Of a stretch of DNA of 64,000 nt, positions 14,001 to 27,100 are shown piece after piece. The stretch spans positions 4,706,518 through 4,770,517 of the forward strand of contig CAJINV010000004.1 of the NCBI GenBank assembly GCA_905178155.1, written 5' to 3'. Within the stretch, counting starts at the first letter, position 1. Every line of letters begins with the position of its first letter. The notes beneath the pieces are model-generated. The model was given only the letters and a program-made list of their open reading frames with translations, had not been told where the DNA came from and made no database searches. The DNA is from Amoebophrya sp. A120 (taxonomy: Eukaryota; Protista; Dinoflagellata). Made by a program: the position numbers and the translations under genes.

Positions 14001-17000
14001 ACAGTTTTCCTTTTTCTTCCAGCCGGACGAAATTGCGGAGTGCCTCCCCATCCGCGACGCGCTTGCCCTGCAGGAGAGACTGCAGGCCGGTTCCTGCGGC
14101 CTGAAATTCGACCTGGAGTGGTACATGAAGAACGGCGCCCACTTGCTCGCCGGCAGCTGGTTCGCAAAGAAGCACGTGGGAAGAACCTCCTTCCAGCCCT
14201 TCAGAATCCAGGAGCAAATGTCCGATATGAGAGTGCACAACTCCCCCTCCCCCTCATTTGTCATGCAAAAACCCAAATCCAAGTGCTTTCCTGTGGCACT
14301 GTTGGCATCACAGATTCCGGAATCCCAAACAGTACTACACTAGGCGCATGAACACGGCGTATGCAGATGCTCCAAGTGTGGCGGTGTTTGTATTGCTGTT
14401 CATGCAATACAAGTAAGGGGGAGGCGGGGAGTTGTGCACTCTCATATCCGACGCGATCCTCACGGAAGGCCCACAGCTCGTCTGGGGTATCGCGCCGCCC
14501 GGTACAGGGAAGACGGCCGTGGTGCCGCATATGCATTGCAAAAGTATTGTAGTCGTATGAATTGCAGATATGCATGACAAATCCAACTTTCTACCTGGAA
14601 TAGCATGACAAATTGCATTTTTGTTCTTAGGAAAATTTGTATATGCAATTTATACTAGTGCGATAATTTTGCAATGCATACCGCACCTGCTGAACTTATT
14701 TCCGGACCACACGCTCGTCTTTATCTGTGCCGCGCTCCCCGTCGTGCTCGGTGTGGGACAGGTAAGGAATCAGTTTCAGTTTTGAATTTTGAAGAAGAGG
14801 TCTTGCAGTATGTTCAGTTGACTAGTATCCCGGTGCGCGCCGGTTCCTGTACCCTGAACAACTTGATGATGTCACACCACGTACATAAATTTAATTGTAA
14901 CATGAATACAACAGGTTGCCACCTCCCTGGGTCTCCCCTATGCCCTGGTGAAGAATAAGCGCATCACCCCCGCGTTCAGTTGCGGGCGTAAACTCGGGCA
15001 TCATGTGGACGTCGAGGACAAACGGGCGGTGCAGTCGCTCCGAGAAACCGTGATCCAGATGAATCTGGAGCGGAAGGCCAACCGGTTAAAAATGGTCAAG
15101 CGAAAGCGAGCGGCCTTGGACTTCAAGCGCATGCCCAGGATTTGGCTGGTGTGCGACATCATGTCCAGTAGTTGGATCATTGAGCAGTTGGACAGCAGAA
15201 AAACGATCATGGTCATCGACGAACCCCCCATGGGAAGTGATAAGGTAAACTATAGCTATACAAAATTCGTAATGCGCATTTGCCTTAAAGAAGAGATCTG
15301 TGATGCATAAACGCAATTATTACTTCTTAAACTTCTCAACATAAACGATGAAAAATCAATGCACATGCAGGTCCCCTCCACCCCCGAGGACAACCCGATG
15401 GCGATGAACATGGTACAGGCGATGCTGAACCCCATGTACAAGACGATCCTGATGTCCGCGACCATGCCCCGGTCCTACCAGCTCCCTTCCATCGTGGACA
15501 CCTTTTGCAAGAAATTTGACGCGGACCCGAAGAAGTGCGTCCGCGAGTGCTTCTCCACGCAGCTGGACCGCGGTGTGGTCCTGGTCCGGCCCAGCGGGAG
15601 GATCGCGTTTCCCCACGAATTGTGCGAGACCTCCGCCCAGCTCCAAGCGCTGGCGGACCGCCTCCCCGGGGACCCCCTTACGCTCAAGGCGTACACGGAG
15701 CGCGCGCTGTCGCAGTTGCTCGTGCGATGGCGCGTGCTGGAGGCGTGCAAGGTCGCCCCGGCGAACTGGGCGCCCCCGCAAAGGCCGGCGGAGCGGTTTA
15801 AGGACCTGTCGCAGCTGAAACCGGAAACCATCCGCGAATACGCCATGGACCTGCTGACAAGTGTAGCGAAGACCGGGGACGACCGCTTCGCGAAAGAATT
15901 CTGCGCGATCACGCTGTCCGAGGAATTTTCCGGGGAGGTAAAGGAAACCGAACAGGAGGCGGCACAATTCCCGAGCTACGACGTCAGCGAGCTCTTGTTC
16001 TCAAACGCACACGCGTTCCCGGGAGTCACGCTGGTCGCGGATGGTAATATATGATCAGATCTATTGATTCATTTTTTTGAAGATCATTTTAAGTATCGGT
16101 TACTTTTTGTGGTCATCTCCGGCTACGGGGGCTTGGTTGCTGTAGTATCATAATCATGACGAGTGCCTAGTCGTGCTAGTACAACTTCTTGCATGAGTTC
16201 GTCTGTAATTGGCATTTTACTTTACACCGAAAAAATGCTACCACGACAGACAAACCCGCGGACATTCTGGAAGTGATGGCAGCGAAGCTGATCGAGCAGA
16301 TGCCAAAGGCAAAAGACCTGGACAACGCTGTTGAGGAGATGGATGCGGAGACCAAAAAGCAGAACAAGATCGCGGAAAAGCAGCAGTCAGACGACCCGCA
16401 GGTAGAATTTTTCAGCAACGACAGCCAGCAGATCAAATTCGACAGTTCTTTGGTCCTGCACACGGAGCAGTTTTTGAAAAGATGGTGCCCGAAAGCGAAG
16501 AAGGAGACGCTGATGTACCCGCGAATGGTGCCCACCGTGGGCGACTACAAGACCATTCAGACCCTTCCGGTGGATGACAAGTGGAAGATGCTCGCGCTCT
16601 CCGGCGCGGGGGCCTTCGACCCGGTTCTGGACAAGGACCCGGCCCAACCCGTGTACACCCAGTTTGTGCACGACAAGATGCTGACCAACAAACTCTCCTG
16701 CGTCACCGCGGGTAAGGAGTTCACGTGGGGTGCGAACTTGCCCGCCTCCACCGTGGTGGTCACCAGCAGCTTCGCGAACAGCACCTCCGTGTCCGGGATG
16801 TTGCAGTACGTGGGTCGTGCGGCGCGTCGAGGACTGACCACGCACGGACAGGCTTTGTTCGAGGATGACGACGCACTGAACCGAATCCTGAAGAAGGGCG
16901 CGCAGCAAATGTCCACCGAGGCCGACACCATGGAGCGGTACGCCAAGTGGATCTTGGGCGACCGAACCGCCGAGAGCTGGGGCGCCGCGGGAACCGACAT

Positions 17001-17007
17001 CGCATAG
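11074..17007 (+). CDS. Superfamily-2 (DExD/H-like) helicase with acidic and Lys/Asp-rich N-terminal segments, split by 7 introners and several conventional introns
   Basis: Walker A APPGTGKT lies on the 78-nt exon 14452-14529 between two introners; IDEP (motif II), LMSATMP (motif III), QYVGRAARRG (motif VI). Includes a probable 58-nt GC-AG intron at 13836-13893. Confidence 0.8.
11106..11369. mobile_element. Introner family A (forward)
   Basis: TATGGATTGTAAAAATGTCTGGGTCTGGAAG...CTTCCAGACCCAGACACTTTTACATTTGATA, TSD GCCCC; removal gives GATAPAAPK. Confidence 0.9.
11454..11606. mobile_element. Introner family B
   Basis: TATGCATTGCAAA...TTTTGCACAGGATA, TSD CCGAA; removal gives LSEMEWK. Confidence 0.9.
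11964..12243. mobile_element. Introner family D
   Basis: TATTTTGAGTAAAAACGTCCCCAC...GTGGGGACGTTTTTAACCAGGATA, TSD GACGA; removal gives DDDDESDDE. Confidence 0.9.
12282..12542. mobile_element. Introner family A (reverse)
   Basis: Family A TIRs, TSD TCCAA; removal gives PASNKGKA. Confidence 0.9.
12705..12960. mobile_element. Introner family A (forward)
   Basis: Family A TIRs, TSD TGCGA; removal gives HVVRNRLEE. Confidence 0.9.
14226..14446. mobile_element. Introner family E
   Basis: Perfect 21-bp TIR TATGAGAGTGCACAACTCCCC, TSD TCCGA; removal gives MSDAILTEG. Confidence 0.92.
14530..14680. mobile_element. Introner family B (reverse relative to 18652)
   Basis: TATGCATTGCAAAA...TTTTGCAATGCATA, TSD CCGCA; removal gives VVPHLLNLF. 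Confidence 0.9.
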
Positions 17008-18155
17008 ATGATGAGGTGGATTTGGAGTTTTATTTGCGGCGCTTGAAGATGGTGCCACCTATTGGTCCTCGTCGTCGTGGTTTCATTCATTTTGCATCAT
17101 CATCACGTGAAATAAAATGTACAACTGTGGGGAGTGCAAGTGCTCGGAACGTAGACGTTTCAGTAGAAAATTTATAAATGCACTTCAGTGTTGGTGTTGC
17201 CGCCCCTGCGAAGCAGGTCTCTGAAACGCTACGAGTCCTCTTTCCACGATTATGGCATGAGTATACGAATTTTTCAACGGAACAGTAGTTTTTGCAAGTG
17301 ATCATTTGAATAACGCGCAACGACAATGAAATGAATATACGAAATGTTGAAGAACTCTTCATTGCGGGAGGTTGAGCCCCCAACGAACCCCTTGGTTCAT
17401 TTTCGGCGTAAGTGGAGCTTGGAATCGCGTGGTCGTCCGCAGGAGAGTGTAAACAAAGGATGAAAAAGCAAATAGAAAGCGCGGAACTGTAGTACCAAGC
17501 ATTCACCCGAGGAATTATATGAACGCTTACGCTTTCTGTTGCGCCGTTTCATTTCTCTTTGTCGTTAGCCGATACGTGGTCATGCATTCGGTGTTGTTTC
17601 TGTTTGTCGCTTTTTGTCGGCGTCGCTTTTCCTTTGCGCTGCAGCCTGCTGCTGCGCAGCTTCTGTGCGAGAGCGGACAAGGCCTATTTGGTAAGAGAGT
17701 GTCTGTGACGAAGACGAACAAAGTGTGCGTAGGTATTATTGAAGACGTGACGGTTCAAATGTGACCTGCTTGAGAGTGAGAGGCAGCGGTGGAGCGATGG
17801 CATTATCAACTTTTTCTTTTCGTTTGTTTATGTTTCTTCTCGAAGCGTTGACTTCCATTCGGCTCGACATTTGAAGATCCACAACTCAAAAAATTTTCAT
17901 CAGAGTAGTTTGTGTACACCCAGGTCGACAAAGCAAGACGTAAGTCTAAGTCGGAGAAGATGCAGTGACAGCACTGACCAGGGTATTTGGCGTTTTTTTT
18001 TCCGGATATTAGGTAGTACGATGCTGATTTGTTTAAAAAGTCAGTCATAAAAATTTTAAAACTAAAAACTTTTCTTTTCTTCATCATTTTTCTCGACGTC
18101 CAAGAGTTGAGCGTTGTCCCCCGCTGACCACCTGGCTTGGTTCATCATCCCGAGA

Positions 18156-21100
18156 ATGAATTCGAACTCGGTTTTTGTCCGGATTCGCCCAGTGGAAGTG
18201 AACACGTCCAGCACGACAAAAAATCCGCCAAAAGACGAGGTGATTTGTTGGTGCCCGAGTAATTGCACCAAAAAGGACCGCCTTTTCTTCGACCGGGGAA
18301 CGGTTCTGGAAGAGTACCGTTTTCCAACGGTACTGGCGCCGCAGGATGATAACAAAGCATTGTTTGACGCGCTGAACAGTCGGAAAAAGGTCGTAATCGA
18401 GAAAAAAATAGATCAAGACGGCGAGGACGAACTACAGCAGGAAGGACCTTGCTCATCGCGACAAGACAATCAACTCGCAGATGACGCCCCACAAGCAAAA
18501 CCTCCTTCTTCGCAAAATGATGAAAATCCGGATCAAGATTTGGACACCATTACCTGCAACGTGTTCCAGGGCATTAACGAGACCATTTTTTGCTACGGGC
18601 AAACCTCGTCCGGAAAAACCCATTCGGTGTTTGGGTCGGAGCAGGAACCGGTATGCATTGCAAAACTATCGTACTAGTATAAATTGCATTGCAAATTTTC
18701 CCAAGAACAAAAATGCAATTTGTCATGCTATTTCAGGTAGAAAGTTGGATTTGTCATGCATATCTGCAATTAGTACGAGTGCGATACTTTTGCACAGGAT
18801 AACCGGGCTTGAGTCACCACTTCGTCCGCAGTCTGTTCAACTACAAAAACGTACCAAGAAGAAAAATCCCCCCTCCCCACATCAAAACGAAGTTTCTGAT
18901 GCTGGATTTCCGTACACAAGACAGAGCTGTCTTGCAGTAGAGCATTGCAGGCATATGCCGCGCCTGAGTGCAGAGCTTCTGACGTGGACGCTTAGCATCA
19001 CAAATGTCTATGCTGTAGCCCAAGCAGCATCACAAACCGTCCGCATAATGCGGCGGAGACCGTAGAGTTGCCTTCTTGCAAGACAAAAAAGATTTGGGGT
19101 CACAAATCAGCATTACAAATTTTCTGAGAAGTACCTTTTTGATATGGGGAGGGAGAATTTTTCCTTTTGATAAAACGCCCTGGCCGCCTCCGCGTCGGTG
19201 GATTTTCTCGAGGTGAAATGCTTCGAGATTTTCGGCGACACCCTGACCGATTTGCTGCCAGAGCAAGTTCTGGAAGCGTTTTCTCCACCGCCAAGAAGAG
19301 GTGCAGCTCGTGGTGGCGGTGCCACGTCGGCCGCCGGGGGTGGTGGACAACAACAGGGCGCGTTCCGGACAGAGCAAATCTTCTTGAAAACGAATCGGTT
19401 TTCGTATAAAGTGGCACGCTGTCGCACCGCGCTGGAATGTCTGGATCTGCTGGAGCATGCCGTAAGAAGTTCAAGTTTTTTTATTTTTTTGATATCTGTG
19501 CTCAAGGATAAGTTGGCTGTGGTAGATTAGAAGTTGCATGGTGACGACATCAAAAGCAGGAGTTTTGACGAACCCCCCGAAAATACTACACCTTCGTACT
19601 AGGACAAAATACCACCACCTTGAAACTCAATGTTGCTGCAGGTGACCAATCGCAAATCTGGAGCCTCCTCGATGAACATGCGGTCGTCGCGTAGCCACTG
19701 CATTCTGCAGATAAGTGCGGACCGAAAGCATCGCCGGGAAAACGTGAGAACCAAAGGCACCCTCACGCTCGTGGACTTGGCGGGCTCTGAGCGCGAATTT
19801 TCCGCTGCGAGTGCCCCGCCGGGACTTCTGTTGACAGCAGCTGGAGGTGGTCAACAAGTTGGCCTACCAGGATCTGGATCTTCTGTCCTTCCTGGTAGTT
19901 GCACTTCTACAGCCTTCCCGGAGCAAGAGGATTTAGCTTCTGCTGCACTTTCGACGAGTCAAAAATCGTCTCGCAACATTCTCAACACCTCGCTGAGCAC
20001 GCTCACACGGTTACTCCGCCAGATGCAGAAGGGGAAGCTGAACGAGGCCGACAAGCGGCAGAGCGTCTTGAACAAGGCCCTGTTTGACTTTGTGCAGCCC
20101 AGCTGCGGGATTTTCCTGATTTTCTGCGTCAACCCGCTGCTCCATTCCCTGTGCTACACCACGTCGACGCTGCAGATGGCGGTGGATTGCAAGACAATTA
20201 AGCAGAAGCGAAAACAGACCTTTCTCAAAGCCAGCTCGAAAGAAACCGGCGAACTGCGGATCTTTGCCTTGGACGGCAACGGGTTTCAGGAGGGAGGCGC
20301 ATTCGCTTCGAAGGAAAGCAAGGAGAGCTTACGGGAAACGCTGAAAGAGCACTACGACCGGGCTGTGCTGGTGGACGATTACGATCCTAGAGTTGTATCC
20401 GGCCGCGGCGGCGGGGCACCCGGGCAACGCGAGGGGGAGGCGGAGATGAGCAGTGGCACGGGTATGTTAATCGAGCCCGCTTTTATGGATGCGTTTGAAG
20501 ACGAGGACGCTGTTGCAAGACTGGCTCTGGAAGCGGAGGAGGACCTCCACGCAGGATTGGCGAGTGAAGATGGTGCAGCTTCCGGGTCCAGCTCCTCTTT
20601 GGGGAAACATAGAAACAATGCCAGCGGTCGCCGTTTCCTCCACGAGCCCCATCTTTTGCACGGCGTGAACACAACAAATGATGGAAATGTGAGAATTTCC
20701 GCGCAGGACAGTTTGGAAAAGGACCTGCTCCGCAAAAACGGTTTGCTTCTTCAAAACACAGCAGCTGCACCTCCCGGGAGCGGCGGCAGCAGCAGCAGCA
20801 AAGTTTCTTCCGCTGCCGATTTGCAAATGGATCTGGGGGAAAGTGCGACGCCGAGCGGAAGCAGGAGCAAGATGAACTACCACCACGGCAAAAATTTGAT
20901 AAACACAACTCCAAGTGTCGGGTCCGGCTCCGCGTCTTCTACCGTGGTGTCGAGCGAGGTCTACTGCCGGCTGAAGTCGAAGTACAAAGCCATGAAGCAC
21001 CTACACCAGAAAACGATCCAAGTCCTGGTGAACGCGAACCAAAAACTGCACCAAGAGGCGGAGGAAATGAAGTTAATGAAGTGGACGGAAGATAGAAATA

Positions 21101-24100
21101 CGAAGAAAGTGCCAGATCAATTATCAGGTGCAAGCTCTATCTCTGCATCCGGTGACGAGGGAGAGGTGGATCCGCAAGGAGCGAGAAGAAGAAAATGCAT
21201 ACGCAGAAATACGAAGAAAATGCATACGCAGCAAGGAGCGAGTAAGCGAGCCTGTGAGTGCGGCTCGTGCCTTGGTGCGGGAGCTATTTAGTTAACAGAA
21301 TCCTGACATGCATGAACTGGGCAGCGGACGCGTGAGAGAAGACGACGCTTTTCGTTTTCTTTCATTTCTACGCGTATGGGCTTAGCGCACCCACCCCCGC
21401 AGCTGTCGAGCAGCTTTGCTCATTCGGCAACTTTGCCTCTCAGTCACACTTGTGACTCCACGCTTGTGGGATTTTGAGCCAGCTTTGGCTTCGCCTATTT
21501 TGGCCTTCGCTCTTAATCACACTTGTGACCGCTTCGCTTGAAGCGCTTTTTGCCAGCTTTGGCTTCGCCATTTTGGCAATTTTCAATAGTGCGCTCTGCG
21601 TCGCTTTGCTAACCTGCGATGTCACGCTTGTGACACTTTACTTCGTCTCTCATTGCCATTTCTCTTTGCTACATCATTTCATTTTTTCCGCGTTGTCGCC
21701 TTATTGGCGCTCGTCGGCCTACCCTCCTGTTCCGAGGTTCATCCGCACGTTGTGCGGGGTTCTCCTCGGCTGCGGCTCCGCCACGGTGGGTCGGGGCTCG
21801 CGTCGATGAACGCTTGCGGGAGGGCCGCCGACGCACGCCAAATGGGCTCGCTTCTTGGATTGGATAACTAAAGTGCCAGATCAATTATCAGGTGCAAGCT
21901 CCATCTCTGCATCCGGTGACGAGGGAGAGGTGGATCCGCAAGAAGCGCCACCGCCGTCCGTCCGCTGGGTTGGAAAAAAGAACTTTCATCTGCTGAGCCA
22001 AGCAGCCAGAAGCATGACGACAAACGAGCGGATGAAGAAAGCGGAGAAAGAAGATCACACGTTGGAAACGAGTACTGCTGCTGCTCAAACTATCATGCCC
22101 TCTTCAGCCACCTCCTCCTGTTCGTCGAGTAGAGAAGGTTCGAAAAGGGCACCAGGGAAGATGCCGAACAGTGCGAGGATTTTTAAAAAGCCGGCAAAAA
22201 AGTTGTCAAGCAGGAAAGGGAGTGCAGATCTTTCCGACAAAAATGCAGACGCACATGTTGCCACAGGCGTAGAGGGCGTAGGTGCAGGTGCAGCATCACG
22301 GAAAAATAAGTCCACCTCTTCGGACCATGACGAAAATAACGGCTCTTCCCACATCGATCTGCTCCGACTGCACCGGCTGATGGCCGCTGGTGCTGGACCA
22401 CCAGCAGGCGCTGCTTCAACAGGACCCCCGTCTTCGCGACGAGCAGCTGCACCGGAGACACCGAGCGCCTTGTCCAACGCCAGCAGCCGGAGCAACATCC
22501 TGCGGATATGCAATGTAAATTTCGTGTACATGTACAAAATGCATGACAAATTTCGCTACCTTGCAGAGCCCAGCTTGTCATGCTGCACTAGAATTGAAGG
22601 CAAGTTTTGTCATGCAGAAACCACATTTGTACGTGTACGGGAAATTTACTGTGGATAGCGGACCCGCCGGTCCGCCCGCATCACCGCGGACGACATCGTC
22701 GCGTCACGACAAGGTATGGAAGCGTCAGGATTGAAATCGTCAAAGTTGAAATAATTTGTGATGCATAAAATGCAACCCACAGAGCGCCTGTCTTGCAGAG
22801 TAGGCAAGGGAGGCATATTGCAAGCCTGTTGAGGGGTAGAAATAGAGCTGCTAAAGTAGCATGACAAAAGGCGTCTTCTTTACCCAAACAGCATTACAAA
22901 CTGGATTTAGGTACCGCCAAAACTTGTCATGGGCCACTTGAAAACTGGGCTCCAACTGGCATCCATTTTATGCATGACAAACTATTTCAACTCTGACGAT
23001 TTCAAACCTGACACATCCATACAAGGTAGAGCAAGTACACGAGAAAATAAAGCGTCGAAAGAGCAACAAGTAGAAACGCCACTTCTACTGTCGAGTGCCG
23101 ACCACAGTGTGCATTCACTTGCGCAACAAGTGGCCCCGTCTGTGGCTAATAGAACTGGTGGTCGTGGTGCACCGCGAGCAGGACCACATCACCCTGGGCG
23201 CCGTCGTGCCGATTCCGGTGATACCGGTGAAGCAGCGGCGAAAGTCGAGGAGTCGGTGTCCCGTGTGGCCCGGCGATTCCTACGAAGTGTGGACGATCAC
23301 GTGGGTGGCGGGCAGAATTCCGTAGCGGAAAGCAAATTACACGCGTCAACCAAGTCCTCCTCCAAAGCTCGTCGTGCGCACAGTACTTCTCAGGCTAGCT
23401 GCAAGAAAGCCGACGAGCAGGCGGCCAAGAGGAAAATTTATCACACGATTTTCACACAAGGCGACCAAGAGGTTCAGGGCGGTGACGAGCAGGACGACAA
23501 ACATCTTGATGTTGAAGACGACGCTGGTGCGCCGCTTGATTTCTTCCGCCACGGTCCTCGGTCTCGCGGTCCGTCGAACGCGACAAGCAGTCACCAGGCA
23601 AACAACGTCTCCGTTTTTTCAGAGCTGGTAGACTCTACTTCAGAAGAAAATCATCGGTTCGACTTCGAGCAATTTCATTTTGAAGATGGAATGGGAAAAG
23701 ATAAAGAAAAGCAGCATGACCATCATGTAGTTGATCCAGAAATTGCTTTGTCGCAAGAACATGTCCTTGAGCAACGCGCGTCCTACAGCCGGCTGTATCG
23801 AAGTGCGAACTCGGCGTCAGTGCTTGATTACTCGGACGACTCCGCGTCAAATGGAGAGGATGAAGATGCGGAGGACGAAGAAGCCGCGCAGCGGTCAATG
23901 ATGCTAGTGGACAAAAGTACAGGTACAGCAGAAGTAGATGCTGAAAAAGAAAACGCGCAGTCAATTCTCGCCAAGCACGTTGCGGAGCAGCACGAGAGCA
24001 TGCTGACCGCCGAGGGGGGAGAAGAAATTGACCGCACAGTAGGAAGCCTGGAGCAAATGTCGTCGTCTATCCGAAGATCTTTATCGGGAGAGGTAAATTG

Positions 24101-27100
24101 TACAAAAATCGTCCGCCGAGCCAGTGATGGTACGATGGACAACGCTTCAGCATCAGCTTCCGAAGGAGATCATGACCATAGCTCGTCTAGCAGTGCTACG
24201 GAAAAACTAGACAACAGCTCCGGCTCCTCCGCAACCCATCTCGACCTCCAGAACATCAAGATAGAACACGTTGCAAATCTAGCTCCGTTCACAACGACGA
24301 CGGACACCACGTCGAAACAAGAATTGCCAAGCAACCTACTCGCCCTCGCACCGGTCAACATGGCGGACTGCTCGACGGCGGCAGACCCCGACGCTGTGGA
24401 GCACGATTTTCTTAGTCGAGTGCTCAAGCCCGAGGAGGTGGTGTTGTCGCGAGGAGGCCAGGTGAAATTATCCAGCGAAAGTGCAGTGAGTGCCGCGGGG
24501 ACGTCTTCCTGCACATCCTCGTCGTCTGCAAGTTCGGCTGTTGGCGACGATGAAAACGACGAGACTATTGACGCCCGTGCTACTTCAGTGCCGAGGAGAA
24601 CAATACAGCAAGAGCTGCTAGAAGCGGAAACCAAACAGCAGGAAGACCAAAATGTCAGTGCTGGTTTTCGGGCTGCTTCCGCGTCTCTGTCGTCAATCAT
24701 GAAAAGAGCTACTTCTTCTACCAGTGCAGCTGCTACTAGTACTAGCAACGTAGCTGTAGCTGTACTACCCGCGAACAAGCCGCCGCCCGGGCCGGGTAGT
24801 TCGTCATCGCTTTCTGAACAAGAGAAGAACAGCTCTGGCGCTCTCAACCACGCCGGGGCTCATCAACCAGCGGCGGCTGCTGACCTCTTCGCGATCCACG
24901 CCTCGCCCCAAGCCTCCCCGATTTTGGCGCTGAGCGAGCCGGACCGGGATCAGGACAACATGCAGTCGTTCCTCTCGCCTGCTATCACGACGACCGGAGG
25001 CGGCAATTATATCGCGAACGGGACTTCAACTGTTGGTGGTAGGGCGGCGGCGGGGGGAGCGACCGCGTTAATAGACACTTCCAGTACGCGCCTGCTTAAC
25101 GACGCAGTCCTGGCTTCGTCCGGGGAACAGAACGACTTGTCGCCGATCTTCTTCTACTCCTACGGGGCGGGGGGAGGAAGATTGGAGGACGACCAGGTAG
25201 TTTGTGTCTGTCTCTGTGCTTTTTGAACCTTTTAGCTGATTTTCATTTTTGCGTACTAAAAAAATGCTTTCGTGAAATTCAAATTTAGTACAATTTTCAG
25301 CTTCCGTTTCAGCTGCTGCCCACTTCCACTTGCATTCGCCCAGCTGATGTCTTCAATCTGGAGCACGGCGAACAAGAAGTGGTCTGCAAAGTAGTCGGAG
25401 AAAAAGAAATCTAAAACTCACTGCATCGTTATATCATCAGGTCGCAGATCATCATGTTGGTGCTCCAGAACATCACACGAAGAACTCCGACACCTTCGAC
25501 AAGAAACGGGAGGACGTGCTGTCGCACGAAAAATCTGCAAAGAGGTCATCCGCTACAACCCCGGCGTCGAAAGACAACTACAAAGAGGATGCTACAAGCC
25601 CCGGCCTGGAGTTTTTCTCAGGCGCGAAAATGGTGAACAGCCCGGGTCTCAACGCCGTGCCGCCGTTGACAAGCCCTCGCGACGACCCGACTAGTTGTAC
25701 GGATCCTGCACGAGAAGTAGAAGCGGTAACAAAGATGCGAGAGCTGCCTGGCTCGCCAAAAGTCAGTCACTTCTCTTTGGTCGAATACAGCAATAAAGAG
25801 AAGGCCACCTGCTCCTCCTCCTCTTCGCGGCAGGAAGTGCGTAGTATTAAAGGCGCTTCCATTGATGTGTCGGAAGCAGGTGCAGCAGGAACGGAATCGA
25901 CATCGATCGAGGAGGTAACTCTAACTGCAGGTCACACAGCGTCCAGCTTCGTCCCGATCCCCGTTATTTCGAAGACCGGGATCGCAACGAGTAGCTCTTC
26001 AACCAAAAAGCAGTCGAACCAAATTGAACCAAAACTCGATGCTGCGAAGCCGAAAAGCCGCACGAACCGCTTCCGCCCTCTCGAGCAGGAGTATCCACTA
26101 TCCGCGCGCGCAAAGAGCCAGTTGTTCGGCGACGGCGCGGCTGGTACAACGAGTAATTTGATGGCAAGAAGGAGAAGCAGCGCAGAAAGCAGAGTTACCG
26201 AAACAACGGCACGAGGGCCGGCTGTTGCAGTCCATCAAGAAGAACCAGCCTTGGATCAACGTGTTAAGAACACCAAAAAGTCGTCTGCCTCCGCATCGCC
26301 CGTGGACTCTGAGCATTCTTCCACTCGAGCGAAGTCCGGCACCCCCTCGCCAGTGGATCCCCAGTCGTTTTTCGGGAAAAGCAAGCGGCAGCTGTTACGC
26401 GACGTGATTCGGTCCGCGGACCAGCAGCTGGCGCAGAAGGAGCAGGCATTGCAAAGGCAGGACCATAATTATGGTGCGAATGTGGATGTGGAAGCTGCAA
26501 TGAAGGACAGTAACTCAAACGGGAAGCTGCATAGCGCAGACATCGTACTTTCAAAAACCGAACGGCGTACTGGATTCAAACGCCCGCCGAAAGTGGAACG
26601 AGCGGCACTGTCTACCTCACGAGAGCAATCCCAACATGCAGTTCTGACGGCGCAAGCCACAACATCTCCAAGGGTTGACACTGCAAACATTCTCCTACCA
26701 ACTGCGGCAAACATGTACAACCAGCACTACAACAATACCGCAGCTGGAGTCGTTCATCTTGCTGGGCAAACGCATTTCACGAACACGACTTCAGTCCCGG
26801 CAGGCAACAGCAGTCCGTCGTCCGCCCGACAGCCTGCTTTCTTCGAGCAACTGGGGACGCACCGGCCGGGCGACTTGCACGAGGAACACGACGGCTACAA
26901 CTTTAACCGCATTGTCGGAGAGTTCGCAGGGGCGTCGCCCTCCGTTGCCGCCGCGAATTACGACCACGCGTCTCGGATCCGGTCGCCGATTGAATTCGGG
27001 AACAACGGTGGAGGAGGTCCGCTCGGGCTCGTGCAACAGCTGCATCTGAACAGTAACAACCAATCCGGCGGTGTTCCTGTTAATAATCTGTACTTCCAGC

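Noticed and set aside
18791-18801. TTTTGCACAG near family B ends as a canonical 3' splice site
   Set aside because: Pairing it with the GT at 18651 shifts the frame to a stop, and the motif is missing at the 3' end of reversed copies.
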